Shown: one piece after another, positions 12,962 through 27,551 of the stretch | How the letters are laid out: each line of letters begins with the position of its first letter | Numbering within the stretch: position 1 is the first letter of the stretch | Assembly (NCBI GenBank): GCA_023920165.1 | Contig: CP089275.1 | Coordinates: forward strand, 3,286,001 to 3,350,000 | Length of the DNA: 64,000 nucleotides | Reading direction: 5' to 3' | Source: Curvularia clavata | Lineage: Eukaryota | Position numbers and translations under genes: made by a program | The notes under the pieces: generated by a model | Told to the model about the DNA's origin: nothing | Seen by the model: the letters and a program-made list of their open reading frames with translations, nothing else | Databases searched by the model: none

Positions 12962-14569
12962 TCAGCCACCCCTCCGCTGTACCCTTTTCCACTGCTCCAC
13001 GCTCGCCTCAGTAAATTTTACTGCTACCAGCAGCATATTCATTGAAAGACCTGCTAATTTCGCAGCTTTCTCGAACAGCACCCTTGCCGCCTCTGGGAGA
13101 TCATCTTGTGTCTTCCATAGCGGATATGCTTGTCCAGGTTCTACAAGCGGCTCGTTTGCATCTCCCGCCTTTGGCACTGTCACCATCATGCTCTGGACTC
13201 TTTTGACAAGTTCCAGTTCTTGCGACAAAGGAAGCCTACGAGACGTGCGCTTCGGCGGGTGCTTTGTGTCGCTTTCGATAGGGAACATGTCAAACAGAGC
13301 GTTGCGGAAGTCGTCGGCATCCTTCGTGCGTTGTATCTCTGCATCGTCCAGGAATGTGTCTGCATAGAAATCCAGGTATTGGTCCATCTCTGCAGGGCTC
13401 ATGTTGAATACGTCCTTCTCTTGTAGTTTCGCCATCGCTTCGGCTGTAAGGCACCCAGCGTCCGTGTCTTTGATGTTGTCCACAGCCTTCATCTCTTTGC
13501 ACCATGCATCCCAATTCATCTGCATCGCAGAGTTCTCAGTCTGAGTCCTGCAGTAGCGCTGCTCTTGACCCAACGGATACAGCAGCTTGATGCAAATGAG
13601 AAGACAGCTGATCAGCTGTGCTTCGGGAATATCTCGTATACCTAGCCGTTTCTTGTCCACGTAGTGCGGGGCGAAGTCGTAGCCTAGCAATTCTCCCAGG
13701 CGCCTTGTTGCATCGTACAACTCCAGAGGCAGTGCAAGCGCTCTAAGGTAGTACAATAAGAGCAACGGAACGTTCAGAGGCGGCCATATGATGCCGTGGT
13801 GGGTATCGTAGCTTTTTTGTAGATCTGTGAGTGTTTTGTAGAATCTTGGGTAGGTAATTTGTGCACTTGGATCAAGAACAGCGCGGTAAGCAGGCGGTAG
13901 CCGCTCTCTCATTGCCAGTGGGAGTAGCCTGATGGCCCTGCGATAAGCCAAATTGCCATCAGTGACCCAGGCGTGAAGATCGCCTGGTGTACAGGGTAAC
14001 CTCAACGTTATGAAGCCCAGGTAGCACAGCGCGAGACAATCGCTCAGGTTTGGTGCAGTCGATAACCTGTTTCCCCTCCTGCCTTTTCCACCACTGACAT
14101 GGCCTGTCTCCATGTCCGTACCCTCATCTTCACTTTCCAAGGTGTTGAAAACTTGTGACTGAGACTGTGAATTCGAAGACGCATCTTCGTTGGATGCGAT
14201 TTTGTCTTCGAGTCCAACGATGCGTAGTGCCCAAAGGTCGTGAACCACGGTTTCAAGCTCAGCAGGCAGTCCTTTATCGTGCACTAAGAACCATACTTGA
14301 TGCCGTAGTATGAGCTGCAGACACTTCAAGTAGAGGTCAAAAGCTTGTGGCCCCTTATAGATCCTGCTAAATGTCGTGTCATCTTCCTCGACCGGGTTCT
14401 TTTTACGAGTGACTGTCCTGGCGGCCGAGATGTAATCGTCCTCATCCTCTCCACGCACTGCGCCGGCTTGCTGATGTCCATTTTGGCAGTAAAGATGTCC
14501 ATCCTCGCCTTCCTCGTAGCGCTTGGATCGGCAGTTTTCGATGCCGCAAGGGGGCCCTTTAATTACCAT
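12962..14569 (-). CDS. RRN7: RNA polymerase I core factor subunit Rrn7/TAF1B
   Basis: N-terminal zinc ribbon CGIENC..DGHLYCQNGH, LQLILRHQ..LPAELETVVHDLWALR, LALCYLG cyclin-fold region. Confidence 0.85.
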   Translation of the reverse strand: MVIKGPPCGIENCRSKRYEEGEDGHLYCQNGHQQAGAVRGEDEDDYISAARTVTRKKNPVEEDDTTFSRIYKGPQAFDLYLKCLQLILRHQVWFLVHDKGLPAELETVVHDLWALRIVGLEDKIASNEDASSNSQSQSQVFNTLESEDEGTDMETGHVSGGKGRRGNRLSTAPNLSDCLALCYLGFITLRLPCTPGDLHAWVTDGNLAYRRAIRLLPLAMRERLPPAYRAVLDPSAQITYPRFYKTLTDLQKSYDTHHGIIWPPLNVPLLLLYYLRALALPLELYDATRRLGELLGYDFAPHYVDKKRLGIRDIPEAQLISCLLICIKLLYPLGQEQRYCRTQTENSAMQMNWDAWCKEMKAVDNIKDTDAGCLTAEAMAKLQEKDVFNMSPAEMDQYLDFYADTFLDDAEIQRTKDADDFRNALFDMFPIESDTKHPPKRTSRRLPLSQELELVKRVQSMMVTVPKAGDANEPLVEPGQAYPLWKTQDDLPEAARVLFEKAAKLAGLSMNMLLVAVKFTEASVEQWKRVQRRGG

Positions 14570-15142
14570 GGTACCTTGATAGTTTGCCTATATCAAGCCA
14601 AGCCAGTCAACTAGCGCTAATGCACACAGCGTATTGAGGATAGACAAGCTGCACTGTTCGGCCAATGGCTGCTACGTACGCATGAGAAAGAGTTACTTTT
14701 GGACTGGTATTTGCGTATTAGTCTTTGCACACAGAAACTACAAGTTGAAAGTGCACGTTGTTGTGAGCAGAAGATGCGAAGTAAGGGAAGATCGTTTTCG
14801 ACTAGCGCGAAAACGAAAATTCCTCTACCAGCCAATGAGAACCTTAGCGTTTGCCGTAACATCATCACCTTTTATTCATTGCCGTAAGTGTTGGGGATAT
14901 ATATATGGATAGGGAAATGATTCATGATTCGTTTCCCACACATGGCAATTCAAAGAAGCCAAATCTGTCCGAAAAACGTCTAGCACCAGTCGCCCAGTGC
15001 AAATTGCAGAGGAGGATGCTACGCTTGCCACAGGACTGAAACTTTGCACAATGCATGCAAAAAGCGTCACAGCCCTACCTGTAGGCTGTTTGCGTTCCGC
15101 GCCTCGCTTCCTGCCAAACAGTCTACATAACCAACGAGTCAT

Positions 15143-15872
15143 TTATTTGGGAGCCTCCTTGGCGTCAATAGCAGCCTCCTCACCCATGGCGGTAAGGACA
15201 ATTACGTCTAGTTTTCAGTTAGTACGAAGCAATGCATACCGTTACCCAGAGCGACTCACTAGTGTCCTTGCCATCCTCAACGAAGAGCTTGTTGATCTTG
15301 TCGCCAACCTCACCATCGGGAATCTTGACGTCGTCCTTGGTGGCGCCATCGTCGGTCATGAGGGAAAGGAAACCGTCGTCAGTAACGTCAAGCTGTGTGT
15401 TTGTCATTAGCCGAGAGCTACAACATGGCATGAGGGGCAGCACTTACGAGCTGGTACTCGCGACGTGTGACGTTGGGGACGTCCATGTTGTGGGTGGACG
15501 GGCACAGTTCTTCGAGCTTCTTGCCAGTGAAGAGGTCAATGGCAACCAGATGGACCTTGGCGTGGCCGTGCTTTCCCGTCTTAGAGGTGCTCATGTCGAC
15601 GATCTTGCAGGGACGGTTCTTGATGCAGACGAAGCCGTTCTTCCTCAGGGCAGAACACTGCATGGGGAAAGTCTTGGAGGCACCGGCATCGGCGCTCTCG
15701 AAGGTGTGCTCATGCTGCGAGAGGCTGTTAGTATAGGCACACGAAGCAGTGCAGCCGCACAGAGGCGTAAGACGACCAGGCGCAACGGACGGCGAGGTTG
15801 CTCGGCAGGGTGGGGTAAAGGGCACATGCGGGGTTGTGGTTCGATGGAACGTACCTGCGCGTCGTCGGCCAT
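15143..15872 (-). CDS. TIF51: Translation factor eIF5A (3 introns)
   Basis: [23 protein letters not shown], hypusine loop [15 protein letters not shown]-terminal [15 protein letters not shown]. Confidence 0.97.
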
Positions 15873-16201
15873 GGTGGTGAATGAAAGTTGATGCGACGGT
15901 GTGAGGAAGAGGCTGAAGGTCTGGTCTGCTGGGCGAAGAGCAGTGGGGAGGGCGGCGGTGCTTTAATGGGGATGGGAGAGAGAAGTCTGCGTGTCTGGAT
16001 TTTGATTTTGGGCAGGCGCGAGGGGCAAGGCGGCGCTAGACACATCCCTGCCTAGCGCCGGATTAACGTACCGCCGGCGCCCTCGCGTGCCCCGTCTGCC
16101 AGGCGCCGCGGTAAGCTGGCATCGCCGGCCGTACACTCTCCGATTGAGACTCAGACTGAATCTCTGGATGCGCCCGCCGACGCTTGTTCCTCTACATCGC
16201 C

Positions 16202-18287
16202 ATGTGGGGCCTGGATAGGCTCTCCCAGTACTCGACGCCTGCGGGCACACCGCCTCCACGCCGCGATTCCCGCTCACCAGCTCCTCGAAGGGGCTATCCC
16301 GTCTCAGCACAGCCTGTGAGGCCTGGCTTGACGCCTCGCTCCTCTTCGCTGACACAGCTGGTGTCTCCCAATGCTTCGACCGCAAGTCTGCCGCTATCTG
16401 AGCGTATGCCCAATGGCGGACTGCGCAGGCGCCAGACAGGTGGAATCCCTCCCAACGTCCCCGATCCATTACACGTGCTCGAGACTATAATGGGAGGGCT
16501 GCCGCGCAATCTGCCGGCTGCAAATGGCCATGGAGCTGGAGAGGCACTGGAGAAACCTGAGCAGTTGGAAGAGCATATTGATTTCCAGGGGCTGAGCTTG
16601 CAAGACTTTGTCGCTGACAAGCCTGCTGAGCGACACCCACCCACTTCTGTACATACAAATAGCACCCAGTCAGTCGAAGAATGTACGTGCTTTTACTCTG
16701 CATCGTGAGTCGCTGCTCATTGTGCCTCCAGACGACGTAGACAAGGATAAATTTGAGGACCTGCACAGGTCCATATTGGCGTGCGATGAAGTACTCAAGT
16801 CAGTCGAAGCAAACCTCACCAACTTCCAGTCGGATCTCGAGGCTGTGTCGGCAGAGATAGAGTCTCTCCAAAACCGGTCAATTGCATTGAATACAAAGCT
16901 GGAAAACCGCAAGGTGGTCGAGAAGTTATTAGGGCCCGCCGTAGAAGACATCAGCATCTCCCCAGCCGTAGTGCGCAAGATTGCCGAGGGCCCAGTCGAC
17001 GAAGGTTTCTTGCGTGCCCTCGCAGAAGTCGAGAAACGCGCCAAGACGATACAAGAAAAGGCTCGGGATAATCCAGATTTGATGGCTGTCAAAGACGTCA
17101 AGCCTTTGCTGGACGACCTCATCCATCGCGCAATCGAGCGAGTACGAGACTACATAGTGGCGCAGATCAAGGCCATCCGCTCGCCGTCTATCAATGCACA
17201 GGTTATTCAGCAGCAGGCATTCTTGAAATATAAAGATCTCTACGCCTTTCTTGCAAAACACCACGCCGAGCTCGCGCAGCAGATTGCTCAAGCATATGTT
17301 CACACGATGCGCTGGTACTATCTCAACCACTTCACTCGCTACCGGACAGCACTTGAAAAGATCAAGGTGCATGCCATGGATAGGTACGATGTCTTAGGCG
17401 AGGATCCAAGTGCTAGGAGAAGTGGTACGTTGCTCGGCCAATCGCGGAACGCACCAACATCCTACGACGCCTTCTCGCTTGGACGACGCCGCGACGCCTT
17501 GAAGAACTCTTCGGCCAATGCTTTACCAGCGAATGTGGCTGAAGATGAAAAGTCTGCCCACTATCTCGAGGTGCCTTTTCGCAGCTTTAACCTGGCCCTC
17601 ATTGATAATGCTTGCTTTGAGTATACCTTCATATCCACCTACTTTGCTCCCTCACAGAACTTCCATGCCATCTCGAGGACTTTTAACTCCATTTTCGAAC
17701 CTACGCTAGCAGTGGGACAGGCAGTCACAAAATCACTCGTCGAATCAAACACAGACACACTCGGCATCTTGCTTTGTGTGCGGTTAAACCAACACTTTGC
17801 ATTTGAGCTACAGCGGAGAAAAGTGCCGACCGTAGAGGGCTACATCAACGCAACAAACATGTTGCTGTGGCCACGTTTCCAGCAGGTTCTGGACATGCAC
17901 TGCAGTTCGCTTCAGAAAATAACTGCATCACTACCTGGCCGTCCTTCTACGGGCGCCGCTCTTCTATCTTCCGGCTCCTCTAATACTACATCAACGGCGC
18001 CAACGCCCCTTACACAAAAGTTTGCAAACTTACTGCAAGGTATACTGGCGCTCTCGTCGGAGGCAGGTGACGACGAACCGGTTAGCGTATCTGTGGGACG
18101 CTTGCGGAGTGAATACGAAGCCTACCTCAACAAACTAAGTAAGGGAATAAGTGACGCCAGGAAGAAGGACAGGTTCCTCTGCAACAACTACAGCTTGGTA
18201 TGCACGATATTAGCAGATGTTGAAGGGCGACTTGGGGAGGAAACGAGGGAACGCTTTGAGAAGCTCAGGGATTCTTTCGATAAGTAA
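16202..18287 (+). CDS. VPS52: GARP complex subunit Vps52/Sac2 (1 intron)
   Basis: MWGLDRLS start. CDEVLKSVEANLTNFQSDL, LIDNACFEY, LLWPRFQ, FLCNNY motifs. Confidence 0.9.
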
Positions 18288-18506
18288 ATCCAAGTCACGC
18301 ATTAAGCAAGGCAAATAATATCACCTGTAATTCCAAATCACGGAGAAAAGCTATGACACTTGATGAATTTCTATTGGTCTATTGACTATGCGTTGTTGGT
18401 ATTTACTCCTTACGCAAACACCTGGTTAGACAAGAACGTAACGCGGTGTTACTATTACATAACCATTGCTATCCAATTACCCATTCCAACTACTTTTCTT
18501 GTCAAC

Positions 18507-19076
18507 CTAAGATCTCAAAGGAGCCCAGTCCTTCTTAGTCTGTTCGGACATGAAGCCACCGATATAGGTTGGCTTGCCGAGAGCGAAGCCCTTACTCCTC
18601 AGGAGCATGTACATGGCGTTAAGGTGGAAGTAGCTGTTAGGAATGACAAAGTCGAACATGTAGTTTGCGGTGGTGCTCATTGAGAGCGTCTTGTGGGCGA
18701 CAGGCACATCGAGGCTCTTCTGCGCGGTCTCATTCCAGGCCTTTTGGTCAATGGCGTCGTAGATAGCCAGGAGCTGCTTGAAGAAGTTGATGACGTCGTC
18801 GAGGGACGAGAAGGCGGTGGGGTCCATCTGAGGTGCTGGGGCGGATCCGTTGACCTTGAAGGTCTCAAATGCAACGACCTGGAACTTTCCGAGGATGATG
18901 GGTTGCACGCGGAAAGGAAGCATGTCTCCGAATTGAGCATCGAGGATCTCCTTTTCGGACGTGGTGTTACCCTTGGAGATCTCCTCTTTGGCAGCAGAGA
19001 GGAAGCCAATGGCGCTCTGGGCAATGCCACGGAACGTGGGGATGGTGGTGTCGTAGAAGGAGTAGGAGGCAGACAT
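18507..19076 (-). CDS. DUF1993 (DinB-like) protein
   Basis: SFYDTTIPTF, DMLPFRVQ, FVIPNSYFHLNAMYMLLRSKGFALGKPTY resemble the DUF1993 pattern. Intronless. Confidence 0.75.
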   Translation of the reverse strand: MSASYSFYDTTIPTFRGIAQSAIGFLSAAKEEISKGNTTSEKEILDAQFGDMLPFRVQPIILGKFQVVAFETFKVNGSAPAPQMDPTAFSSLDDVINFFKQLLAIYDAIDQKAWNETAQKSLDVPVAHKTLSMSTTANYMFDFVIPNSYFHLNAMYMLLRSKGFALGKPTYIGGFMSEQTKKDWAPLRS

Positions 19077-19672
19077 TTTGAAGATGTGGAAGTAGGTGGT
19101 ATTGATGTTGTGAAAAGAGAGAGATTGAAGAGAGATGGAGGGAGAATGGGCGCTATATGTACTATTCTATCTTCTCATATGAGATCTCCCCACTATCCGT
19201 TAGCAGAAACCCGGCATGTAACACTCCCCTGTTTTATTTTTTTTCCGAAACTTGATTCCCACTAGTTGTCTACCAGCATTCCTGACCAATACTACTATGC
19301 GAAAGTGCTTGTCCAGCCGTCTTTGTCCAGGGGAATGGACACGTTCCAGCCGAGCAATAGAAGTAGCTAGAATCGATTTACACCGACTCGTGCCTTATTA
19401 GTATGAATATTTCGTAATATTGGCGCCACTAGCTAGTGTAACACTTGTTATGGTAGGTGGTGGAGGCGCACAACGCCAGTGGGCGGGAATGTCCACCTCG
19501 CCCCGCCATGAGGCACGGACCGGAGAATTCTACCCTTGCCACCGGTCAATTAGGTCCTATCAACACCAGAGCGATAACAATCTCCTTTTCGGCATCTCAG
19601 CCGAATCAAGTTTGGTCGCAGTGATACATATCGAGTTCGGGCTGATACTGTCTTCCACATTGAGCACTCAAA

Positions 19673-21235
19673 ATGGCGAAGCGCAAGCGCGGCACTACAA
19701 ACACCAATACCGTTAAGAAGCAAGCAAAGAGTCTTCCAAGCCCACCCCAAGAGGCGAGCCCACTTGAGCCGACAAGCGTCCACTCAGTCATCTCAGAGGA
19801 GGAGATTGAGGTCGCAGTAGAGACGCTCAAGACGCTTGCCGAGCACCCTCTTCTGATCAAGTCAAAAGCATGTAGGGACCTAAGGACGGCCGTATTTGAC
19901 TTCCGTCAAGCATGTACCACCGGCCTGAACTCAGCTGGTACGTGTAAGATGCTTCCATCCAATGCCGTAGGCTAAGTGAAACCTCAGATGGCAGCAACCT
20001 TACTGCACGTATATCCGGAGCACTCACAGACTCTAAATACAAGGATGCTCTTATCCTGTTGGCCGAGATGCGCATTAGAAAAGAGACGCCGACACTCGGT
20101 GCTCTATGCCGTTGGGTGCGTACTCTGGACGTTGTATCTGGACTCAGCATTCACGTGCAAGTGCCAAATCATCGTGTAGTCGGGGTCAATGCCAACAACG
20201 ACGAACTCATCCAAGTGCTTGACTCCATACTCCGCGTTACAGGCCCAACAGATGTCACAGCCCATGGTGCAGATGCGTCTTCAGGCATCTCGCTGCAAGA
20301 GACATGGAATCTGCGAGGTAGCAGCGAGCCTACACGCCAGGTCCGCAGCAGCATTGAAGACAAGTCCATTTTTACGTCATGTCCCTCTGATCTCAAACAA
20401 CGTTTCCGCATCATTGAGACGACCGAGGGGCTTCAACGCAAGCCACCCAATCTGCATCCCGCCATTTTATACGCCTCGCAAGACGACGCTGTGCTGCTAG
20501 GTCGAGGGCCCGAGACATCATGCTTCAAGCACCCCATAGTGCCCAATCTGCGTCTAATCAAGGACGTGCTCTCTCCCGAAGAATGTACTGCCATTATCGC
20601 CGCTGGAGAAACAATAGAGTTTATCCCTGATGCACCACTCCGGCCCCAAGGCGAAGACACAAGTGTACTAGCACACAATTTCTACTGGATCGTCGACCAA
20701 GCATTTCACGACAAGCTCTGGGCGAGAGTGAAATCCTTTGTACCTGAAAGTGTCGCGGGCAAGAAAGTCCGAGGTATCAATCGCCGGTTCAGGGTTTATC
20801 GATATGTGCCCGGTGCTGAGTATCGGTGCCACATTGGTACGTGCAATATTTCCCCCCATTCCAAGCTCTCCTTCAACGCTTTTACTAACCTTGTCTTGCG
20901 AACCAGACGGCGCATGGCCACCCTCCGGCATCGATCCTGCAACAGACACATACCAGTACGACGCCTCGCCCCCTGATGCCCGCCAATCCTCCCTCTTTAC
21001 TTTCCTCATCTATCTCAACGACGACTTTAAGGGCGGTGAGACGACCTTCTTCATCCCGAGTGTGAAGGAGGGTGTTATCAATGCTTATCCTGTCAAGCCC
21101 ATTATGGGTAGTGTGGCGGTCTTCCCGCATGGCGAGGCACAGGGCGCACTGCTGCATGAGGGGACGGGTGTGGTGGAGGGTGCCAAGTATGTTATCAGGA
21201 CGGATGTGGAGTATGATGTTGATGCTAGCATCTAA
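19673..21235 (+). CDS. 2-oxoglutarate/Fe(II) dioxygenase, prolyl-4-hydroxylase-like, with N-terminal extension (2 introns)
   Basis: GINRRFRVYRY..HI|DG (HxD split by an intron), TFLIYLNDDFKGGETTF, LLHEG, KYVIRTDV. N-terminal KRKR. Confidence 0.85.
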
Positions 21236-22131
21236 AAGTTTTTTTTTCTTTTGTCTGTCTAATTTGCCAGTTAGTGGGCGGATTGTATTCACGCTGGACA
21301 GAATGAACATACGCATTGAGTTTTGGGGTGTTTGTTTCTAATAGGAAACTAAAAGTGGCAGCCTTTTTCCAAAGACAAAATGACACAAACTCCAGAATAT
21401 AGCCTCTCACATTAAAGTTTGTTGGAGTTATACATTATTAGTCGGGCAAGTTTTACCACGAGCTGATAAGAATTCAAAAAAAAGTCAACATTACAATACT
21501 ATACTATTTCTCAAGTCATACCCTGATTTCCCTATTTTCTCGCAAAATGTTATAAGAAGTATAAAGGACTTGAAAAAAAAACCTCCCCTTGGAAAGCTCC
21601 TTACGCTACCCTCCTCTGGACTCTGTATTTTCTGAATTCTTCTAGAAGAAAGGACAATGAAACCAAAAACAACGCCCATGTGCCCCAGAAAAATAAAGAA
21701 GGAGAATTCATCTTTTTCCAAGCCAAACCCCTAGGCTAGTTCTCCGTCCTGAAGAAGAGAAAGGTAGGAAAAGTGTTTTCTTGAAATATTTTATAACAAG
21801 ATGATATTACATAGATATAATGACGTATGTAGGGTGGGGGGATCAAGAAGTACCGAAAAAGAAGAAGAAGAAAAGGTCAAGTTCAAAGATTTTATACTTG
21901 GAACAAAGGGGTTTTCTCCCCCACCCGCCACAAACTCCATCCCCCCTTCCAAATCGCAGAGACCCAGGTTCAGACGCGCACCACCGCCTACCCGTAAAAA
22001 AAAAAAGAACCCGCCCAATTGTACAAAATGCCCATCCGACTCAAATACACGACCCAACTACTAAAACACAGTTCCTCTCAAGGGCGAGAAGACAACGAAG
22101 AAGAAGAAGTAGAAGAAGTAAAAGGAGCCAC

Positions 22132-25100
22132 CTAGGCCTTAATCCCCTTCTTGGCCAGGTAATAAGTTAGCAAATTAAGATGCTGCTCTCTGGCACCCGC
22201 CACCACTTTCCAGAAGCCACCGTCTTCCTTTGCTCCATCAGACCCGTTGATGCGCTCATGGAGCGCAACACAGAACTCAATATCTGCCTTGCGGACATCT
22301 GCGTCTTGGTCATCCATGCAGCGGACGGCGAGGCGGCCAAGGCGGGCGGTTTGCTCGGAGGAGAGGCTAAGATTCTTGGCGCCGCTGATTTGGACGAGGG
22401 AGGCTAGGGTGATAAGGGCCATGGTGATGGTTCGGGTGTGTGCTTGGCCTGGGATGGAGCAGACGGAGGATTTTGAGTTGGGTGAGGATGCGGGGGTCGA
22501 GGCGGAGGAGTCTTCGATAAGGGAGAGGACGGTTTCGAGGCAGTCGAGGGTCTGGCCGTATTTGACGATTTCGTCGGCGGTGGCCTCGAGGTCAATGGCC
22601 ATGTGTGATGTGTTTTCATACTGTGCCTTGGCTTGTAGAATGGTTCGGAGCACGCGAGGATAATACCTCGAAGTCTCCTTGCGGTAGAGAGAGAGCAACG
22701 CACGGATCGTTGCCAGAGCTTGTACCTTCAAGTTGACAGCCTTCATCTGGGGTGCCTTCAGCTCGTGAAGTGGTGCCTCGAGGAAGTCGAGACAAGCCTG
22801 TAGCAGCTTGCCAAAGTTCTCATCATCGGGTCCCCAAATGTCCTGGTTTGACTTGACCATGTCCTGCATGCGTCGGAACATGTGTGCTTCGACTGTGCGG
22901 CCCTCAATCTTCCTGATGCCACTCGCGAGTAGCTGTCGGTTCTTGAGCACTTCGGCGTTGTTCGTCTCGTAGCTTTCAGTATGCAGTATGCTTCCAGTGC
23001 TGTTTGTCTTGTGGTGACCGCGCGGACGTTCGTCACTGTCATTTCCCATCATTATGTCATTCGATACACTGCCACTGCTGTGTCGACGCTCATTGCTCTT
23101 TTCGTTGATAGGAAGCTCCTCAAGAACAGGTTTCCCTGATTCGCTATCCCTGTGCGCAGGCTCCTCGCCAACAAATGGATCCTCGTACACCCGAACTTCA
23201 TCACCAGTTTCGGTTCCACGAGTGCTGGAACGATCTGGTGTCCTCGTGTGCAAACTCCTTGTTGACGAACGCAAACTGGCAACCTCGAGATGGCCCATAG
23301 ACTTTGGACTCCTCAGCATGGATGCACGGGGGCTCGGCACTGGTATTCGGCCGATAGAAGTCCTGGGTTTCGGTGGTGTGCGCTGTGCGGGTTGTGCGGC
23401 AGGTCTTGCAAGGTCTGGAATAACCATTGTGAAGTTGTCGTCGTCGCCCATATCAATTGCCTCGTTGTCGATCACCATGCTTCCACCAAGTCCATTCTTT
23501 TGTCGAAACGGGACACTGCCTGGGTCATGATGACTTTGTGACCGTACCCACGGCTTCACCGTGGTCAATTCATCGTCCTTTGCTGGGCTCACAGCCGGGC
23601 TTCCATGTCGGGAGCTAGCACCGGGGGGTTTGCCATGTGAAGTAACTTGTCCAATTCTTGATTTAGGTCGGGCAGGACTGACATTTGGACTGTTTTGCGT
23701 TTGCGCTCGAGGCCGGACAGTGCTCTTTGGTGCAGATAGCTTCTTTGTAGTAGTCGCAGCTGGTGTCTTTTCCGGTGTCATATTAGGGGTCTTGCCTGCC
23801 CGCCGAACAGCATATGGATCGGCTGTGGCCGGTCTGTTTATTTCAGGTCGAGTAGGGCGCGTCGGGCGGCGTACTGTCCCTGACATCAGTGAGCCGGTAC
23901 CTGTCGAACTTTTTAGTGTCGATCTTGAGGACTCCCCAGACATGGCTGAAGGGGGCCGTGCTGGCCCAGAAGACGAAGAGAGATTCGAGGCTGTTCTTGC
24001 ACCGATTGATTTGCTGGGTTGCGATTTCGCTGGTGTAGTGTAAGTTGCAGCAGCAGAACTAGGACGCTCGGGCATGTTCTTTGCTGCCGCCAACTTAGCT
24101 CTCCTTTGCTCAGCAATCTTCTCTTTAAGGGCACTCCGTGAAGAACCAGGACCAATAGATTTCGAAAACGATGACGAGCTGGCCTGTGAGGAGGTGAGTG
24201 TGCTATTCGGGTTGTTGGGATCCTTCTCAAGAGCGGTCCTTTCACGTTTGTCGAATGTGTCAAGCATCTTCGCAGCCCTCTGAGGCCATACCAAGGCGAA
24301 AGTCCAGTATGCGCTTCGGTAGGCCTCTCGCACCTTTGGGTTGGCGTCAGTCACACCCTTCTTGATTATACCGTCTAATGTCTCCATCCCTCCGGAATGC
24401 TCAATGTGTGAGGTGTGCCTGCGAATTAGCGTTTTGATCCAGGTGGCAGAAAAAGTCCTTGGCTGCACGTTCTTGTCCTGCGACGCGAAGAGGACATGTT
24501 GGAGCAAACGACTGCTGTATGAAACATGTTGGAAGATAGTGTCCACTGTGACGTTTCCGTTCTGGGCGGCGATGTTCTTGGTAGCAGCGCACATCTTGAT
24601 GAAGCACTGCAAAAGGATTTCGCACCAGGGATCGATGGCAGAACCGAGTGTCTTGGCGAGCTCCTGAACCAGCAGGCAGCCGTTGGTAGACATTGTTGTG
24701 CGGAGGGAGTTTGCGACTTTGAGGATGCCATCGAGAAGTGATTTGATGCCCGCGACGAAGACGCCGTGGAACTCGTGCGGTGCGTTGCCCTTCAAAATGC
24801 GCCTAAGCTTGGTGCAGTTCTTGTCTCGCGCCAGCCAATTTTGTTCGCTCTCTTTTCCTTCGTAGCAAGGCGCCATGTCACGGAAGACTTCATCCAGCTC
24901 GCGCTGCGTGTAAATGTGGATTGGGTCCATGACGACGACCTCAGCGGGAGGAGGTAGCTCGGATCCGTAGCTGTCCGTGAAACTCATGTCAGGCTGCAGT
25001 TGTTCGGCTCGCTTTGCAGAAATGGTTCGTGCGACAGGAGCCGGCTGGGGTTGTGATAGTGGTTGTGGTGGTAGCGGCACATCTGCATCCTTTGTCGTTG

Positions 25101-25916
25101 CTGCGTCGTCTAGGTGCGTTGTGATGTAGGTGGCGATAGCTTTCCGGACGTTCATTGCAACGAGCTGCTTCTTAAGATTCACTTTGGCATGTTCGGGTGC
25201 GTGTCTGTTGTCATGTCAGTCATTCTCCTTTGTGGTATCACCAGCCAGATAAAATCGCGCATACCCAAAGAGATCGACGACAGCCTTCTTCGCGGTGTCA
25301 CGCACGCCAGCATCTGCGTCTTCGAGGTTCGCGACCAGCTGATTAGAATAGCTCTTGAAGGGTAGGCCTTCAGTCTGGTTCATCTGTTGTCACGGTGATG
25401 TTAGACTTGTCTTTGTTCTCCTTTGACTGGCCATACGCGCCCGCCGCAAAGGAAGCCTACCTTGACTACCCAAGCCATTGATGCCTCTTTGGCACGCGGA
25501 TTGGTGCTCTTGATAGCATCATGGATGAGCGCATCGATCTCTCCGGGGAACAGGTAGTGCAAATCAGCGAGGATTTGCGAAGCGGCAATGCGATGGCTCT
25601 CGCGCGCATCGCCCAGCTTGTCGGCGAGAATGGAGCATAGCACCGATGATTGCGAGATGAGAATGTGTGTGTCCTTTTGCAGTTGCAGTCGCTTGATGAA
25701 GTGGCTCAGTGTCGAGAAGCCCGTGGACACGAGGGCAGCGGAGGTGGCGGCGGTACAGGCGATGCGGATGCACTCGAAGATGGGAGCCTGGCAGTTCTCA
25801 GGGACTCGGTTGTGTTTGATGCTCGACTTGAGGGCATTGAAGAGGGTGAGGCGAGACTGCACGTCCGACGACGGCTTCTGGAGGGCCTTGAGCAGGTCCG
25901 ACGTCTCTTTCTCCAT
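22132..25916 (-). CDS. STU1: CLASP-family microtubule-associated protein Stu1 (2 introns)
   Basis: HEAT/TOG repeats (KLGDARE, FEDADAGVRDTAK), CLASP_N motif YEGKESEQNW..SLRTT, Ser/Arg/Pro-rich middle, C-terminal NLLTYY. Confidence 0.9.
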
Positions 25917-26465
25917 GGTGGGCACGAAACGGGCCCGTCGGTGTGAAGTGGTCCTGCAATGGTAGAGGCGGGGGTTGTATGTGTTGTGAGCGTTGTTTAT
26001 GGCCCGCACGGTGCTGCCGTAGTTGCGTTCGCGCTAAGCCAGTCGCTCAGCAACCCGTGCGCCCTCTAATGCACCAACCCTGGCGCCTCCAGTGCCACTC
26101 CCCCAGGGCCGAATCCACTATTGGAATCTTCGAGATAGGGCGGCCGGGCGTTGGTTTGAGCTGCTCAAACTGCATTCCGACACGTCCTGGCTCGGGCACA
26201 TCGCTTCCCTTGACGGAAACAACCCATGCCGTGCAGAGTCTTCCATCCCGCGAGCTTGCCACGTCAGACCGAGAATAAGGCTACACCATCCATCCATGTA
26301 TAGCGCCTTGAGTTGGGCTCGTAGCCTCAACGTCACAGTTCTTTGTGTGGTCATTACCAATCTCAACAGCCGCACCTGACATTGACAAGCGAGTGACTTT
26401 TCTTATTCGTCTCAAGACTAATGTAGCAGCCTGTACCAGGCTCGCTCAACGATAACCGAATTCTA

Positions 26466-27537
<1,072 letters not shown>

Positions 27538-27551
27538 TCAGGGGTCCAAGT

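Noticed and set aside
21236..22131. Short ORFs in the A-rich region between the oxygenase and STU1
   Set aside because: These are homopolymer- and purine-rich convergent 3' UTR sequences, and the ORFs are low-complexity artefacts.
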